Below, in pieces: positions 30,017 to 45,555 of a stretch of 64,000 bases of DNA (the first letter of the stretch is position 1; each line of letters starts with the position of its first letter). This stretch comes from the human T2T-CHM13v2.0 reference genome, Homo sapiens. The notes beneath the pieces were generated by a model. It saw nothing but the letters and a program-made list of their open reading frames with translations, was not told where the DNA came from and made no database searches. A program made the position numbers and the translations under genes. The stretch lies in assembly GCF_009914755.1 (NCBI RefSeq), contig NC_060926.1. One strand, 5' to 3'.

Positions 30017-30648
30017 CTAAATGAGGACATGATTAGATATTTACTTGCTGCATTGAGGGAATTTACATTCTCAACCACAGACAGATTATAACTCACAGAA
30101 CTGAAGTCACTTGCATTATTTGCACTCTCAAATCATTATTAATAATTTCTTAAAAGCTGTAGAGGCTAGGAAACATGATAGGAAACTAGAAATGAGCAGC
30201 TTGGTACATGAAGTCCCCCCAAAGGAGAGAAAAGTGGCTTCCAGCAAATTCATATCCATGAAAACATAGGTTCCTAGTAAAATGCCAGAATAAATTCTTA
30301 AGCAGATATTTTATGATTACTTAGAAAGAGAAGTAGTCATCACCAAGAGGTCATTATAGTTATTCATTAAGAGAGGAGTAAAGATTTTACATCTTTCATA
30401 AGATCTTCAGTCTAAAGAGATAAGAGAATTGTCAGCCCATAATATACATTGATTTCAAGTAAAATTTGATGAAATAGCTCATGCTATTTTAGAGAAGAAA
30501 TGGATACTGACTGAGGCGCATTTAGATGGATCAAGTGATAGTCTGAATACTTGCATCCAAAGAGAACTAATTGATTAGTTTCAACCTGGAAGTAAATCTC
30601 CTGGGGTCTTCTCCATGGCTTTGTTTTCAGCCTTATTTAAAAATTTTT

Positions 30649-30995
<347 letters not shown>

Positions 30996-31481
30996 TCACA
31001 AATTTGACAAATTGTGGGGAAGCGGATAATATTCTGGGTTATAAAATCATGATTTGAAATTACCTCAACCAGTTGGAATTTTAGACTTAAAAATGAAAGA
31101 TAAAATGCACTAGAGAGAGGCATAAGGATCGGAAGGGAGGAAACAAAGTGTCATCACTCACAGATAACATGACTGCATATGTAGAAAGTCTAAAAGAAAC
31201 GACAGACAAATTATATTGATATATGAATTTGGCAAGGTCTCTGGATACAAGACATATATACAAAAATCATTGTATTTTTATATACCAGCAACAAACAAAT
31301 AGAAAATAAAATGCCAATTGCAACAGCAAAAAAACTATTAACTACCTAGATATACATGTAACAAAAGACACATGCAAGACTTTTACTCTAAACATTACAA
31401 AACATTATTGGGAGAAATTAAAAGAACGCCTAAACAAGCAGAGGAAGAGACCAGACTAATGGGTTGGAAGACTCAGTATTA

Positions 31482-31813
<332 letters not shown>

Positions 31814-32510
31814 AAGAAGTGAGTTCTACACAAATAAATAAATAGATTCAACAAAATTCCGGTCAAAACACTACAGATTATTTTGCAGAGATTGCCCAGG
31901 TAGTTCAAAATACGTGTGGAAATACAAAGAACCTACAATAGTAAAAGTATTTTAGAAGCAGAACCAAATTAAAGGATATACATCATCAGATATCTCAAGG
32001 CTGATTAAAACATGTAGTATTGGCAAAGGAAAAGCAAAATGACCAAAAGAAACGGAATAGAAAGTCTAGAAACAGAATCCGCACATGCATTTTGCCTGAC
32101 TTATGATTAAAAAAAAAAAAGTCCTTCAATGCATCCTTTAACAGAAACGATGGTCTTGTCAATACAAGGTGTTGGGTCAGCTGGATATCCAAACGAAAAA
32201 AGTGTATTTTGATTTCTGCCTCATACCATGCCCCAAAATTTTATTCCAGGTGAGTTGTCAATCTAAATTTTAAAAGTAAAACAATAAAGTTTTTAAAAGG
32301 AAATGTAGTAGAACGAGTCCATGATTCTGGAGTAGGCAAGGATAGCTTAAACAGGACATGAAATGTGCTAATTATAAAGAAAAAAATTGGTTAATTAGAC
32401 TATATTAAAATTAAGAAATTTTGTTTTATCAAATATACCATTAAGAGAATGAAGAGGCAGTATAATTACATAATGGAGTAGTTCTAACAACAAAAATGAA
32501 CCAACAATAG

Positions 32511-33327
<817 letters not shown>

Positions 33328-33512
33328 TTAGTTACACATGGGCATTCGGTGGGTGTGTTAAAATGTATTGAATTAATTCACTTATGATAATGGCACTTTT
33401 CTGTAGGTATGTAATTCATGAGTAAAAAATTTAAAAGTTAATAAAAATAAATACAACGTTTTGAATTAAAGTGCAAAAGTGCAAAAATTAAAGTGCACAA
33501 GTAGCAGCCTGG

Positions 33513-33939
33513 TGTGTCTGGAGTTGGTTCCTTCCTGTGGGTTCATGGTCTCACTCACTTCAAGAATGAATCCACAGACCTTCACAGTGTTACAGCTCTT
33601 AAAGGTGGCAGGGACACAAAGAGTGAGCAGCAGCAAGATTTATTGTGAAAAGCAAAAAAACAAAGGATCCACAGCGCGGAAGGGGACCCAAGCAGGTTGC
33701 CACTGCTGGTTGGAGTGGCCAGCTTTTATTCCCTTATTTGTCCCCACCCATGTCCTGCTGATTGGTCCATTTTACAGAGTGCTGATTGGTGCATTTTACA
33801 AACCTCTAGCTAGCTACAGAGCACTGATTGGTGCATTTTTACAGAGCATTGATTGGTGCATTTTACAAACCTCTTGTAAGACAGAAAAGTTCCCCAAGTC
33901 CCCACTCGACCCAGGAAGTCCAGCTGGCTTCACCTCTCA
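33513..33939 (-). mobile_element. ERV9 solo LTR, short type (LTR12F-like)
   Basis: tgtgtctggagttggttcc...cttcaagaatgaa...four gattgg boxes...ggcttcacctctca; flanks ctgg/ctga. Confidence 0.88.
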
Positions 33940-33944
33940 CTGAG

Positions 33945-34263
33945 GAGTCAGGTTAACTAATGTTAGATACCACAACAAACAGACTGTGAAATTTCAGTAT
34001 TTTAAAGAGTAGACATTTATTTCTCATTGATGCAAAGTCTGATGGGAAGCCTACCTTCACGTGGAATGTGTCCTCCAAGGTATCTGCAGCAGGGGAAGAG
34101 AGGAATGGAAGAGGCATACTGGCTTTTAACTGCCTTGGCCCAGGAGTGACACTTTATTTCTGCTCCTGAAACTATAAACATGGATGGCCCCAACCAAACT
34201 GTGAGGGAGGCTGGGAAGTGCAGGAAAGCAAATGGGATATTTGGTGAACACTGACTGTGCCAC
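33945..34263 (-). mobile_element. Old MaLR LTR (MLT1J-like)
   Basis: agtcaggttaacta...catttatttctc...ccaaactgtgagggaggctgggaagtgcagg...ctgtgccaca. Confidence 0.6.
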
Positions 34264-34607
34264 ACTTAGCTTGATGGCAGTTGGCTTGAAAAATACTGCA
34301 GTGTTTTTAGTTAACTACAAATGTAGCTTGTGCCACCTGTGTATGTGTAATGTGGTTGCTAAGCATAAGGCAACTTTGGAAAGCACTAAAAAAAATAAAT
34401 ATGGTACTCAGGAAAAAAACAACAACAACAAAAGAAGAAAGTAGTTTTCCAGTTTTATTCCATCAGGATCAGGTCACATTTGAAAAATTGTGTTCATTTC
34501 TGGATATCACCTTTTAAAAGTGATATTGACAGGCTAGTGCATGTCCAGAGAATGGTAACTACAAAGATACATTAGCCATGGCAGGCTAGGATATATTGCA
34601 GTGATAA

Positions 34608-34940
<333 letters not shown>

Positions 34941-35549
34941 TAATACAACACTCATGCCACAGTCTGACAGGTGCACGAGAGGTAGCCTTCTATGTGCTGA
35001 CGCAGGGATTCAAGCGTCTTCCATCTCACAGATTCCATGCCTCTTATGTGTCCTGAGAATTTTCCACTGGATCCTCTGCACTAAGCAAGTCAATGAGTGA
35101 AAGAGATCAAGGAAGATCTCATAAGACACATGGCCTGGCATAGAAATAGCACACATACGTTTAATCTTGCTTTATTGGCCGAAACCCAGTCACATGCCCC
35201 AACCCAATGGCTAGGGTATTCTTGTATGCCCAAGAAGAGGAAATGGGATTGGGGAGCATCTAGCTAGCTCTGCCACAGATGGTGACAGATCCAAAGTCAT
35301 GTGGGACACAGTTGAAGGAACTAGATAAAGTCAAACTGGAAAAAAATGATACCTCTTCTCAAATATACCTCCCTCAAATATTCAAAGTGCTGTTGTGTGG
35401 AATAAGGAATATACTTATTCTGGATAGCTTCTGAAGGCAGAACTAGGAAGAAAGAGTGAGACAAATGGGACAAAGTTTTATCTGTTTAATATAAGAAAGA
35501 ACTTGCTATCAATAGAGCTGTTCATCTCAGAGCAGATTACTCTGTGAGT

Positions 35550-35790
35550 ACTAATAAATACTATTTTATTAAGTGCTTACTATGTGCTAAATTCTTAAAT
35601 CATTTGGTTATAATAACTACTCTTGAAATAGTACTACTAATATCCATACTTTGCAGATGAAGAAACTGGTCTTAGAGAGATTGTGTAAGTTGCCCAATGA
35701 CACACATATAGTAAGAGGCAGGACCAGGATTTGAATCCTGGTCTTTTTGAACCCAAAGTGTGTGCACTTAAACCCTAGGCCATACTGCCC
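35550..35790 (-). mobile_element. MIR SINE
   Basis: ttattaagtgcttactatgtgc...tttgcagatgaagaaactg...aggatttgaatcc. Confidence 0.8.
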
Positions 35791-35926
35791 TTAAGGAATT
35801 TTGTTATTAGGTGGTGTGGATAATAACAGTTCAGCAGGGATATTTCAAAGAGGATTTCTTCATTGTATTTGAGTTGGACTGAAATGGAAGCTGTCTCATG
35901 ATAGGTATGTATAAAGAAACTTCTGA

Positions 35927-36033
35927 GTACTCACTTCAGAAGCACATATATTAACATTGGAATGATACAGAGAAGATTAGCATGGTCTCTGTGCAAGGAT
36001 GACACGCAAATTCCTGAAGCATTCCATATTTTT
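35927..36033 (+). pseudogene. RNU6P: Full-length U6 snRNA processed pseudogene
   Basis: gtactcacttc...gatacagagaagattagcatgg...gcaaggatgacacgcaaattc...ttccatattttt; many substitutions; TSD aaagaaacttctg at 35913-35925 and 36078-36090; A-rich tail. Confidence 0.96.
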
Positions 36034-37321
36034 ACCACCTGAATTTTTGTAAAAATAAAATAAATAAAATAATTTAAAAAGAAACTTCTGGGGACATTGA
36101 AAGAGTCAGTTAAGTAACTAGTGCTTTGGTGTTGGGTGCTGAGGGAAGCGCAGGACTCATACAGGGAAGCAAAGTTAAGCAAAATTCATTGCTGTTCCAA
36201 CTAAAACTTCACCATGAGTATGTGGTTGCCATAAGTGATTAATAAACAGTAGGAGGTTTGGGGGTGAAAATGACTCATGGGGCTACGTCCTATGCATGAG
36301 GGTTTGGCTACCACCAAAGCAAATCTTGATACAGCCACTGCCAGGAATATTGCTGGGCTTCAGCTGGATGCTCAACATCTCCCCCTACAGGAGTCAGAGA
36401 TGCAAATCCTCTACTTGTGTTGGCTGTGGTAATTTGTTTAGTTCACACTCAGTCACATAGAAGCAGGCGCTGGCAGCCTTAGTAATTTTGTCAGGTAGCC
36501 ATGGAGACTCTATGTTGCTTCAGAAATTCATGGTCTACAAAGGGCGAGTGGATTCTGAAAGCATTGGAAGCGCATCATAATTCCCTGTCTCTGGCTTGCA
36601 TTTGTAAAAGCAGATGAGCAAAACAAATATAATCGGACCCAAGTATCCAAACCTATGAAGAGACCCATTGCACAGAACACAGTACTACTAGTCCTGCATC
36701 CTACAACAAGCAAGTTCTTATCTGGACTCAAGTGGCTATTCAGGAATTGCTGCATGCCAAGAATACAACACTGCAAGAAAATGCTCTCTAGTTTGTAAAA
36801 ATTTATACCCTGTCTAAAGTGGTTCAGAAGTCACTGCCTATGCCATTTAAATGTGAAACAAAACAGAGTTCACCCCAAAGGAGAAGAAACAGTAAATATA
36901 TATGGAGCACAGAATTGAACAGACTGCCACACTTAGGTAAGAAAATTGCTACACGATTTCCAGTAGCTAAAGCTGTAAGAGAAACACAGTTATATATTTT
37001 TCATTTTCTGACAACAGGAAGCAAATAAATCCATCAGCAGATAATTTTTTTTTCTCCATGCAAATAAATGAAATGACCAATGAATGGTATGGGTTCTTGT
37101 ATAAAATACAGAGATTTATGGAGTGAACAGAATCTTAACTTCAGTATAAAAGATACTGAAATGAGCCCTCAGATGGCTCTTGAATTAGACATCCATAAAG
37201 ACAGAGAGCATAACTTTAAGTAACAATGAAGTCATTTTTGTAACAGGCTCTGTTGACATTGTGCAGAAATTCTTTTTCCAGGTTTTAAGTTAATAGAGGG
37301 ATAGAACTGTGAAGCTCTATA

Positions 37322-37507
37322 TCAGGGATTCTCAAGCTTTAGTGAATGACTTTGGGAGCTTGATAAAAAGGTGGATCCTTAGGCCCCTTTCCCAGAGCTT
37401 TGGATTCTGTAGGCCTGGAGAAGGGCCTAGAAATCTGCATTTTTAACTCTCACCCCACCAAGTGCTTGAGATGGAGGTGGGCTGTAGATCCGATTTTGAG
37501 AAACACA
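37322..37507. mobile_element. MER5A-like DNA transposon
   Basis: cagggattctcaagctt...gggcctagaaatctgcatttttaac...tttgagaaacac. Confidence 0.75.
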
Positions 37508-38186
37508 GATGGGGTGACATAAGTGGACTTTGAGCAGGTGTTAGGCCAAGATCTGTTTGCAATGGGAGGGAAACTAGCTGGAAGCATTTCACAGCCTCTG
37601 TGCAGCTGAGGCTCATTTGGAAGAAGGGCTCAAGGTCTAACGTGGGCCAGGAACTACACTAGATGCTTGCATACACTGACTCTCATAAAGAACCAAGAAG
37701 CCACAGGCAGCATTTCTCTTCACAACACATTAGATTTGATGTCTATTTAAATTATCTGCCATGAATTGCTTAGAGCAAAAAGCTTACTATAACATTCTAG
37801 TTACAGAATTATGTGAGCATTGTGGTATGTCCAGAGTCCCAGGAATGTTAAGTGTGTATCCCTAGATGGCCCCATTTTTTCTATTGCTCACAGTTATGAA
37901 ACATAGTTTAAAACTTGTGTCCCCATGAAAGGAATTTGTGCTTTGAAGTTCTTCCTACATCTGAGAAATCTAAACATGCCAGTGGTCATCATAAAGTAAC
38001 CCTGTGGGCCTGAGGGGGATGTGGGTGTGCACGAGTGATGGGCAGGGAAGCTGCGGACAGGATTAGAGAGCTTCTTCCATTTTTCCCATTACTGGTCACC
38101 ACAGGTCGTGCTGGTTTGAAAACAGAAACAAAACAAACAAGCAAAAACCCACCTAGCTTTTTGGGTTAAAGAATGGTTAACTTTGG

Positions 38187-38523
<337 letters not shown>

Positions 38524-38532
38524 TCATGATAG

Positions 38533-40029
38533 TGTGTCCGGAATTGGTGAGTTCTTGGTCTCACTGACTTCAAGAATGAAGCCGCGGACCCTCGCGGTGT
38601 TACAGCTCTTAAGGTGGCTTGTCTGGAGTTTGTTCCTTCTGGTGTTTGGATGTGTTTGGAGTTTCTTCCTTCTGGTGGGTTTGTGGTCTCGCTGGCTCAG
38701 GAGTGAATCTGCAGACCTTCGCAGTGAGTGTTACAGCTCTTAAGGCAGCGCGTCTGGAGTTGTTTGTTCCTCCTGGTGGGCTCCTGGTCTCGCTGGCTTC
38801 AGGAGTAAAGCGGCAGACCTTCACGGTGAGTGTTACAGCTCATAAAAGCAGCGTGGACCCAAAGAGTGAGCAGTAACAAGATTTATTGCAAAGAGCGAAA
38901 GAACAAAGCTTCCCCAGTGTGGAAGGAGACCCGAGTGGGTTGCCACTGCTGGCTTGGGCAGCCTGCTTTTATTCTCTTATCTGGCTCTACCCACATCCTG
39001 CTGATTGGTAGAGCCCAGTGGTCTGTTTTGACAGGGTGCTGACTGGTGCATTTACAATCCCTGAGCTAGACACAAAGGTTCTCCAAGGCCCCACCAGAGT
39101 AGCTAGATACAGAGTGTTGATTGGTGCATTCACAAACCCTGAGCTAGACACAGGGTGCTGATTGGTGTGTTTACAAACCTTGAGCTAGATACAGAGTGCC
39201 CATTGGTGTATTTACAATCCCTGAGCTAGACATAAAGGTTCTCCAAGGCCCCACCAGAGTGGCTAGATACAGAGTGTCGATTGGTGCATTCACAGACCCT
39301 GAGCTAGACACAGGGTGCTGATTGGTGTATTTACAATCTCCGAACTAGACATAAAGGTTCTCCACTTCCCCACCAGATTCAGGAGCCCAGCTGGCTTCAC
39401 CCAGTGGATCCCGCACCGGGGCTGCAGGTGGAGCTGCCTGCCAGTCCAGGTGTCGTCCGCCGGCACTCCTCAGCCCTTGGCTGGTCGATGGGACTGGGCA
39501 CCGTGGAGCAGGGGGTGGCGCTCATCGGGGAGGCTCGGGCCGCACAGGAGCCCACGGAGGGGGTGGGAGGCTCAGGCATGGCGGGCTGCAGGTCCCAAGC
39601 CCTGCCCCGCGGGAAGGCAGCTAAGGCCCGGTGAGAAATCGAGCGCAGTGCCGGTGGGCCGGCACTGCTGGGGGACCCAGTACACTCTCCGCAGCCACTG
39701 GCCTGGGTGCTAAGCCCCTCATTGCCCAGGCCCGCAGGGCCGGCCGGCTGCTCCGAGTGCAGGGCTCGCCAAGCCCACGCCCACCCGGAACTCCAGCTGG
39801 CCCACAAGCGCCGCGCGCGCAGCCCCGGTTTCCGCTTGCGTCTCTCCCTCCACACCTCCCTGCAAGCTGAGGGAGCCGGCACCGGCCTTGGCCAGCCCAG
39901 AAAGGGGCTCCCACAGTGCAGTGGTGGGCTGAAGGGCTCCTCAAGTGCCACCAAAGTGGGAGCCCAGGCAGAGGAGGCGCCGAGAGCGAACGAGGGCTGT
40001 GAGGACTGCCAGCACGCTGTCATCTCTCT
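38533..40029 (-). mobile_element. ERV9 solo LTR (LTR12C-like), full length
   Basis: Termini tgtgtccggaattggt... and ...gccagcacgctgtcatctctc; 4-bp TSD atag at 38529-38532 and 40030-40033; tandem U3 repeats; CpG-rich 39400-40020. Confidence 0.96.
38960..39370 (-). promoter_or_regulatory. LTR12 U3 enhancer/promoter: six CCAAT (NF-Y) boxes in tandem repeats plus AATAAAAGC TATA-like box
   Basis: attgg at ~39004, 39120, 39161, 39202, 39280, 39321; gcttttattc at ~38965-38974; function inferred from known ERV9 LTR biology. Confidence 0.7.
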
Positions 40030-42902
40030 ATAGGATGCAGGTCAGAGGGCAGGGGTAAGAGGGAAAAACACATGATTGCTTCTAAGAGTCTAAACGAAGG
40101 ACACATCCCACCAGTGGTGGTGCACCATGAAGCATTTGAAGGTCCATATAAGACATTTCGAAGCCATGAATCTTGTTTGTTTATTAAAATTTTTTTTTGT
40201 TATACCGGAGCATAGAGATCTATCTTGGGGCAAAGTTTCAGAAAATAAGTAAAAGTCCAGTTTTCTAGATTCAGAACTATCAAAGGCTAGACAATGGCAA
40301 TCAATAATAATGCTCCCCTCCATACCAATTTGAAAAGTTAAAAATTTTATCAGACATGCAGATGTCTTCACATTATGAAACAATTGTAACATTTTTTTCT
40401 CCTTCATTAAATGGCCGATTTGACAGCTGTTTCAACTCAACACTCTTATTTTGATTATTTGTTATTCAACATTTGGCCCTGATAGTATTGTCAATTCTAA
40501 AGTGCTAAGACTATATTTAAATCAACGGAAATATTTTGGTTATGTTTTATTTACGGGACTTTTCTCTGCTTGTCTTTTAACCTCCCTTAATAGCAGGCAG
40601 CCAAATTATTAGCTCATCTATTTTGGCAGAATAAAACAATTCATGGTTTAAAGAGTTTGGAAAAGGTAAAACTTCAGAGAAATATAACAACATCCAGCTT
40701 ACAATGCTGTTTGTGTACTTTCTATAGGATGTGTAGCTTCATCCTGTAGGAGGATTTCCTCCATTTGAATCCCCAAGGCCTCTGACTGATTTCCCTCTTC
40801 CTTTGGTGCTGTTTGTGTTTAAAAAATAATGCCTGAGGGAAAGATAACCATCGTTCTGTTGCTTTGTGGACACATGCATTCTCATACAATTTCTGTTCCC
40901 TATTCCTTGTCAGTGATGAGATGAAGAATTGAGTGTAAGCACATCAAAATTGCACAGTAAGTGGTCAGGAGTCTTTCAAATAGCGCTAAAAGAGGCTGAA
41001 TTGCCAGTGAGGAAGGCGCAGCTGGAAGCTAGATATTGCATCATCTGGCCTTCCTCTGCTGAACAAAGAAAATTATTTTGTGAAGTATGTACAGATGCTC
41101 TTATTTCAAGTGACATAATGCATTTGTTTCAATGGAGGTTTTCAATCTGCAACTTTGAAACTTTTCTGCATGTGGAAAACCCCATGACAATTCGTTGTAC
41201 CCTAGGGTACATCTGAAAGAAAATTGTTGGATCTTAAAGCCAAACCAGCAATTTGGACAAACTTGGAGGATTATTTTTCTGGGATGTTTCCATTTAATAT
41301 TACAACACAGAGGTTCTGCATTTATGTCAAAAGGGAAGGACTAGAAAAAGGCTTTCTGTAGGCCATGAAACTAGTTATGCTTTGCGATTGTAAATCCATA
41401 TTGACCACTATAATTCAAGTGTTTAACTTACATATTCTTAGAAACTGAATTTTTCAGAAAAGCAAGCATCAATATAAGCTTCTAAAATCAAAGCTAATTT
41501 AGTCATTTATTTATGACTACCAGGTTGAAGCTTCCTTTAAAAATCCTATTTCATACAGAGCAACAAAAACAGATGACAAAATCTAAATATTTTTACGTTT
41601 ATTCTAAAGATTGGTGAAAAGTATATTGCTGGATATTTTATCACCATGAGTTAATTGCTCGAGAAATAACCTCCAGATTTAATAAAAGAAAAGAGGAGGT
41701 TCTTCATGAGCTAGTTAAAATCATGGATATGCCCCATAACCCACTTCTGTCAGGTAGCAAGGTTGCTTATGGAAAGAAGAGCCAAAGAAATTGTTTAAGC
41801 AGGCCAAGGAATTGAAAAAGTGGAAAAGGAGAAGGTTGTCTCAACTGAAGTCACTAGTACCTTTCTAACTCAGAATCTTGGAGGAATTTCTCTGCACATC
41901 TCTTGTCCTTTACTTGACAGACCAAAATAAACCGAGATGCCAGAAGAGTTTGTTCAGATTTTTTAGTTTAGTTTCAGTTCCCCAGTTTTTCAGAATTGAA
42001 GGCCAACAATATTCCCTCCACACGATGATTCACCTCTCTACCCCTTCATGTTTCTTTAACTTCATTGCCTACTATAGTAAGTACACATTGCCCTGGAGTC
42101 AGGTGGACTTAAGTAATCAACAAGAATATATTTATGACCTACTCTTCAAATGCCCTGTGCTAGGTACTGTGGGGGTCATATGGAAGTACCTGGATTTTTA
42201 CAGTCCTCAATAGGGTCCTTTTGCTTTAGCATAGCCAGTTCACTTGCTGTCTGTGCCCAGGACTTAAATCCCTCCCTCTGGAAACTGCTTACGCTTTCTA
42301 CCTGCAATACCTTCCCCACACCACTCTGGCAGTTCCTAGCCTTCAAGTATAGTTCAAAATTAACTTCTTTCACTCACCCCACTTTGATTTTTTCTGTGTC
42401 GCCTCTGAACACAGTCCCTATGAACTCCTTGAATGTGGAGATCACAATTTATTCATGCTTGTGTGCCTTGTGCCAAGAATAGCCTAGGAAGAAAGTCCAT
42501 AAGATGATACATACCTTCATTTATTTTCAGTGAAAGGATTGGTCTGAAAAACGGGCCTGCCATTATTGGAAATAGAAAAGCATTAATCTCTTTGAAGAAC
42601 ATCATGTTGCACATTGACCAAAGGGCTGGAAAAAAAAAAAAAAAAAAGAACACCATGTGCCCTGATTTCCTTATCACTTTTCCACATAATAGTGTTTTGC
42701 TTGAGGAGAAGCCTCTAAGATTGGTTATTTTTTACAAGTTTGTTTTTTGTTGATCCCAACATGCAAATATATCTGTTATCTATGGATTTGTTCACTCTTT
42801 GACATAATCCTCTAAACTCTTTGGGAGTTTTCTGCCCTCTTGATTAGGAAGCGTTTATTTAAAATATCAGTTTTTTTGAATGAACTTAGTGGAATTATGT
42901 AG

Positions 42903-43365
<463 letters not shown>

Positions 43366-43877
43366 TATTTACATAATATATTAAGGCCAATTCATTTTGA
43401 CTGATACTAAAGGTAGACTTGAACCTTGTAATTGATAATCACTTACACAGTGTTTACCATGTGCTAGGCAAAGGCTTTGTGTGTATTACCTCATTTAGCC
43501 CTCATAGCTCTAGGAAGTAGGTTCTATTATTATTTATTATTGTTATCCCCTTTCTCCTTTTATATGTCAGTCTGAATGCAGATTCTCCTATTTTCATGAT
43601 TGACCTTCAGACTGCAGGTTTAGCAGTTGCTAAAAAACAAAAATCAATCCAGCTCCTATTTCTGCCCCAAGCTGCCAACAACAAGGGTTGGGGAAAACTT
43701 TTCCAGGCTGACAATTATTGTTAAAAGCAGCTTTTCCTGTAGGCTGTCTGGCAGTAGCAGGAAAGCAGGCTGAGTATCCCATGATTGCCAAAGCAAGGAG
43801 GGCTTCTGGTGGAAATGGACTTCTTTGATATATTTTTCCCCTGGGCTGATCTGCTTTTCTATTTCTCCTCTTTCACT

Positions 43878-43878
<1 letters not shown>

Positions 43879-43922
<44 letters not shown>
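43879..43922. repeat. (GT)n microsatellite, ~22 units
   Basis: Direct reading. Confidence 0.97.
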
Positions 43923-43923
<1 letters not shown>

Positions 43924-45154
43924 TATGTTTATTTCAGGTCATGATCTGCTTCTTCTGTCCTGAAAATGCACTTGGAGCTCTATCCATAGAGGTAATTTCA
44001 AAGTTTAGAAGTTGTGTTCTGAGTTTTATGTCACAAGCAAATGCTCTGATTTCCAAACATCTGTTCTCTAGGCAGTGTTAAAATTCATTATCCTGACAAT
44101 TGCCCTTCGGCCTATATGCCAGGGCAGCTGAAGCCAACTCACCCTGGATTCCACCTACTACTCTTTAGGATGAGACAATAGTAATTTTTTTATGAATCAC
44201 AGGGAAAGTCAGTGAATAATGTCCTTGACATCATCTTTACTGCAAGTACAATAACAAGTTTCACAGGGCCATTCTTTACAATACACTTTAATATCTATGA
44301 CGCAATGCCAAAACTCACATCAGTGAAATTAATTCTACAAGGCACAAAACACAAGTGTACAAATTTCTGATGGTTTGATTTGAGGATAAACTTTTAGTGT
44401 GCCCAATGCAATGAAGAGTCCTTCACAAATATTACTTCTAGTGAACTCTAGGTTATACTCCTGGATAAGCCTTTAAGGCTGTGAGGAACCTGAGAAATCC
44501 ACTGAAAATTTACATCTAAATACAGTCATCCACCTTCTCTAATCATGTGCTGTGGGAGAATCCCAGTAAGCAGACAGCACTTCTAGATGTTCTTATAAAA
44601 CAACTAGAGTTGACCCTAGCACAGAAGAATGGATGACTGTAGACCTAAAAAAACATAAGCCCCAAATTCATTAATTCAGCCATGATTAAAATTAAGCTGA
44701 AGTCATAAATTAAAATCTTTAGTAATAGGAATCTTGAGATAATAAAAAACTGTTGATACATGTGTTTGGGAATACAAAACTCTGAGTTGGCTTCTTGACA
44801 TCTTGTTGTGAGAGATAAGAAAGCAGGTTAGAAAATGTTTGCCTACCAGGGACCATAAAATTTGGGTTAGTTTCTATTCCCTTTCTTCTTATTATATTGA
44901 GTTTCTGTCTACTGCTCTTTGATAAAAAGAACAAAGACTTTTTCTGAAATAATGGAATTTTAATAGTTTTAATAGTTTCCAAACCTGCTGACTTATAATC
45001 TTGGGACTTTGAATGTTTGTTATAAAAGATTACATTTGTAGAGTGTTCAATGAGGAAAGCTGTTAAAGTAGAAAATCATTTTTCATAGAAAGTTGATTTT
45101 ATTCATCAACTGTGAAGAAACTTCCGTTGTACCAGTATTTATTCACTCCTTCCA

Positions 45155-45555
45155 TAGCGACAAAATTTGTAGCTGGGTACAAAGGTACCTAGGATATAGG
45201 CAGTGAGGTATGGGCATGTGACTAAATAATGGCCAATCATATGTGAGCAGAGGTTAATTTGTAACTTTGTGAAAATGTTCTCAAAGGGAAAAGAGTGTCC
45301 TACTGGGGTCCTCTTTCCTGCGCTTGTAGTGTGGATGGAATGGCAAGTCACCTTGGAAAATATAGACAAGGACAGAACTACAGTGCTGCTGAGCAAAGAT
45401 AGAAGGACCTGGGTTTCTGACCCCATAGAGGGGCTCATACCTGCCTAAGACCTCTTACCTCTGGACTTTATTCATATGAGGAGGAGATAAACAGCTGTTT
45501 TATTTAAGTCACTATTGTTTTGGGACTATTTGCTAAACCAAATCCTAACAAATAA
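45155..45555 (+). mobile_element. Old MaLR LTR (MLT1J-like)
   Basis: gggcatgtgactaa...tggccaat...atgtgagcagag; ttttatttaagtcactattgttttggg...aaccaaatcctaac. Confidence 0.65.

Noticed and set aside
35927-36033. Functional U6 snRNA gene
   Set aside because: Many substitutions, plus TSD and A-tail indicating retroposition; no recognisable upstream PSE
38590-39370. Regularly spaced direct repeats superficially like a CRISPR array
   Set aside because: These are the normal U5 and U3 tandem repeats of ERV9 LTRs; no unique spacers, no cas genes, eukaryotic context
39315-40033. Overlapping GC-rich ORFs up to 208 aa, CpG-island-like
   Set aside because: Entirely within the LTR12C U3; open frames reflect high GC content
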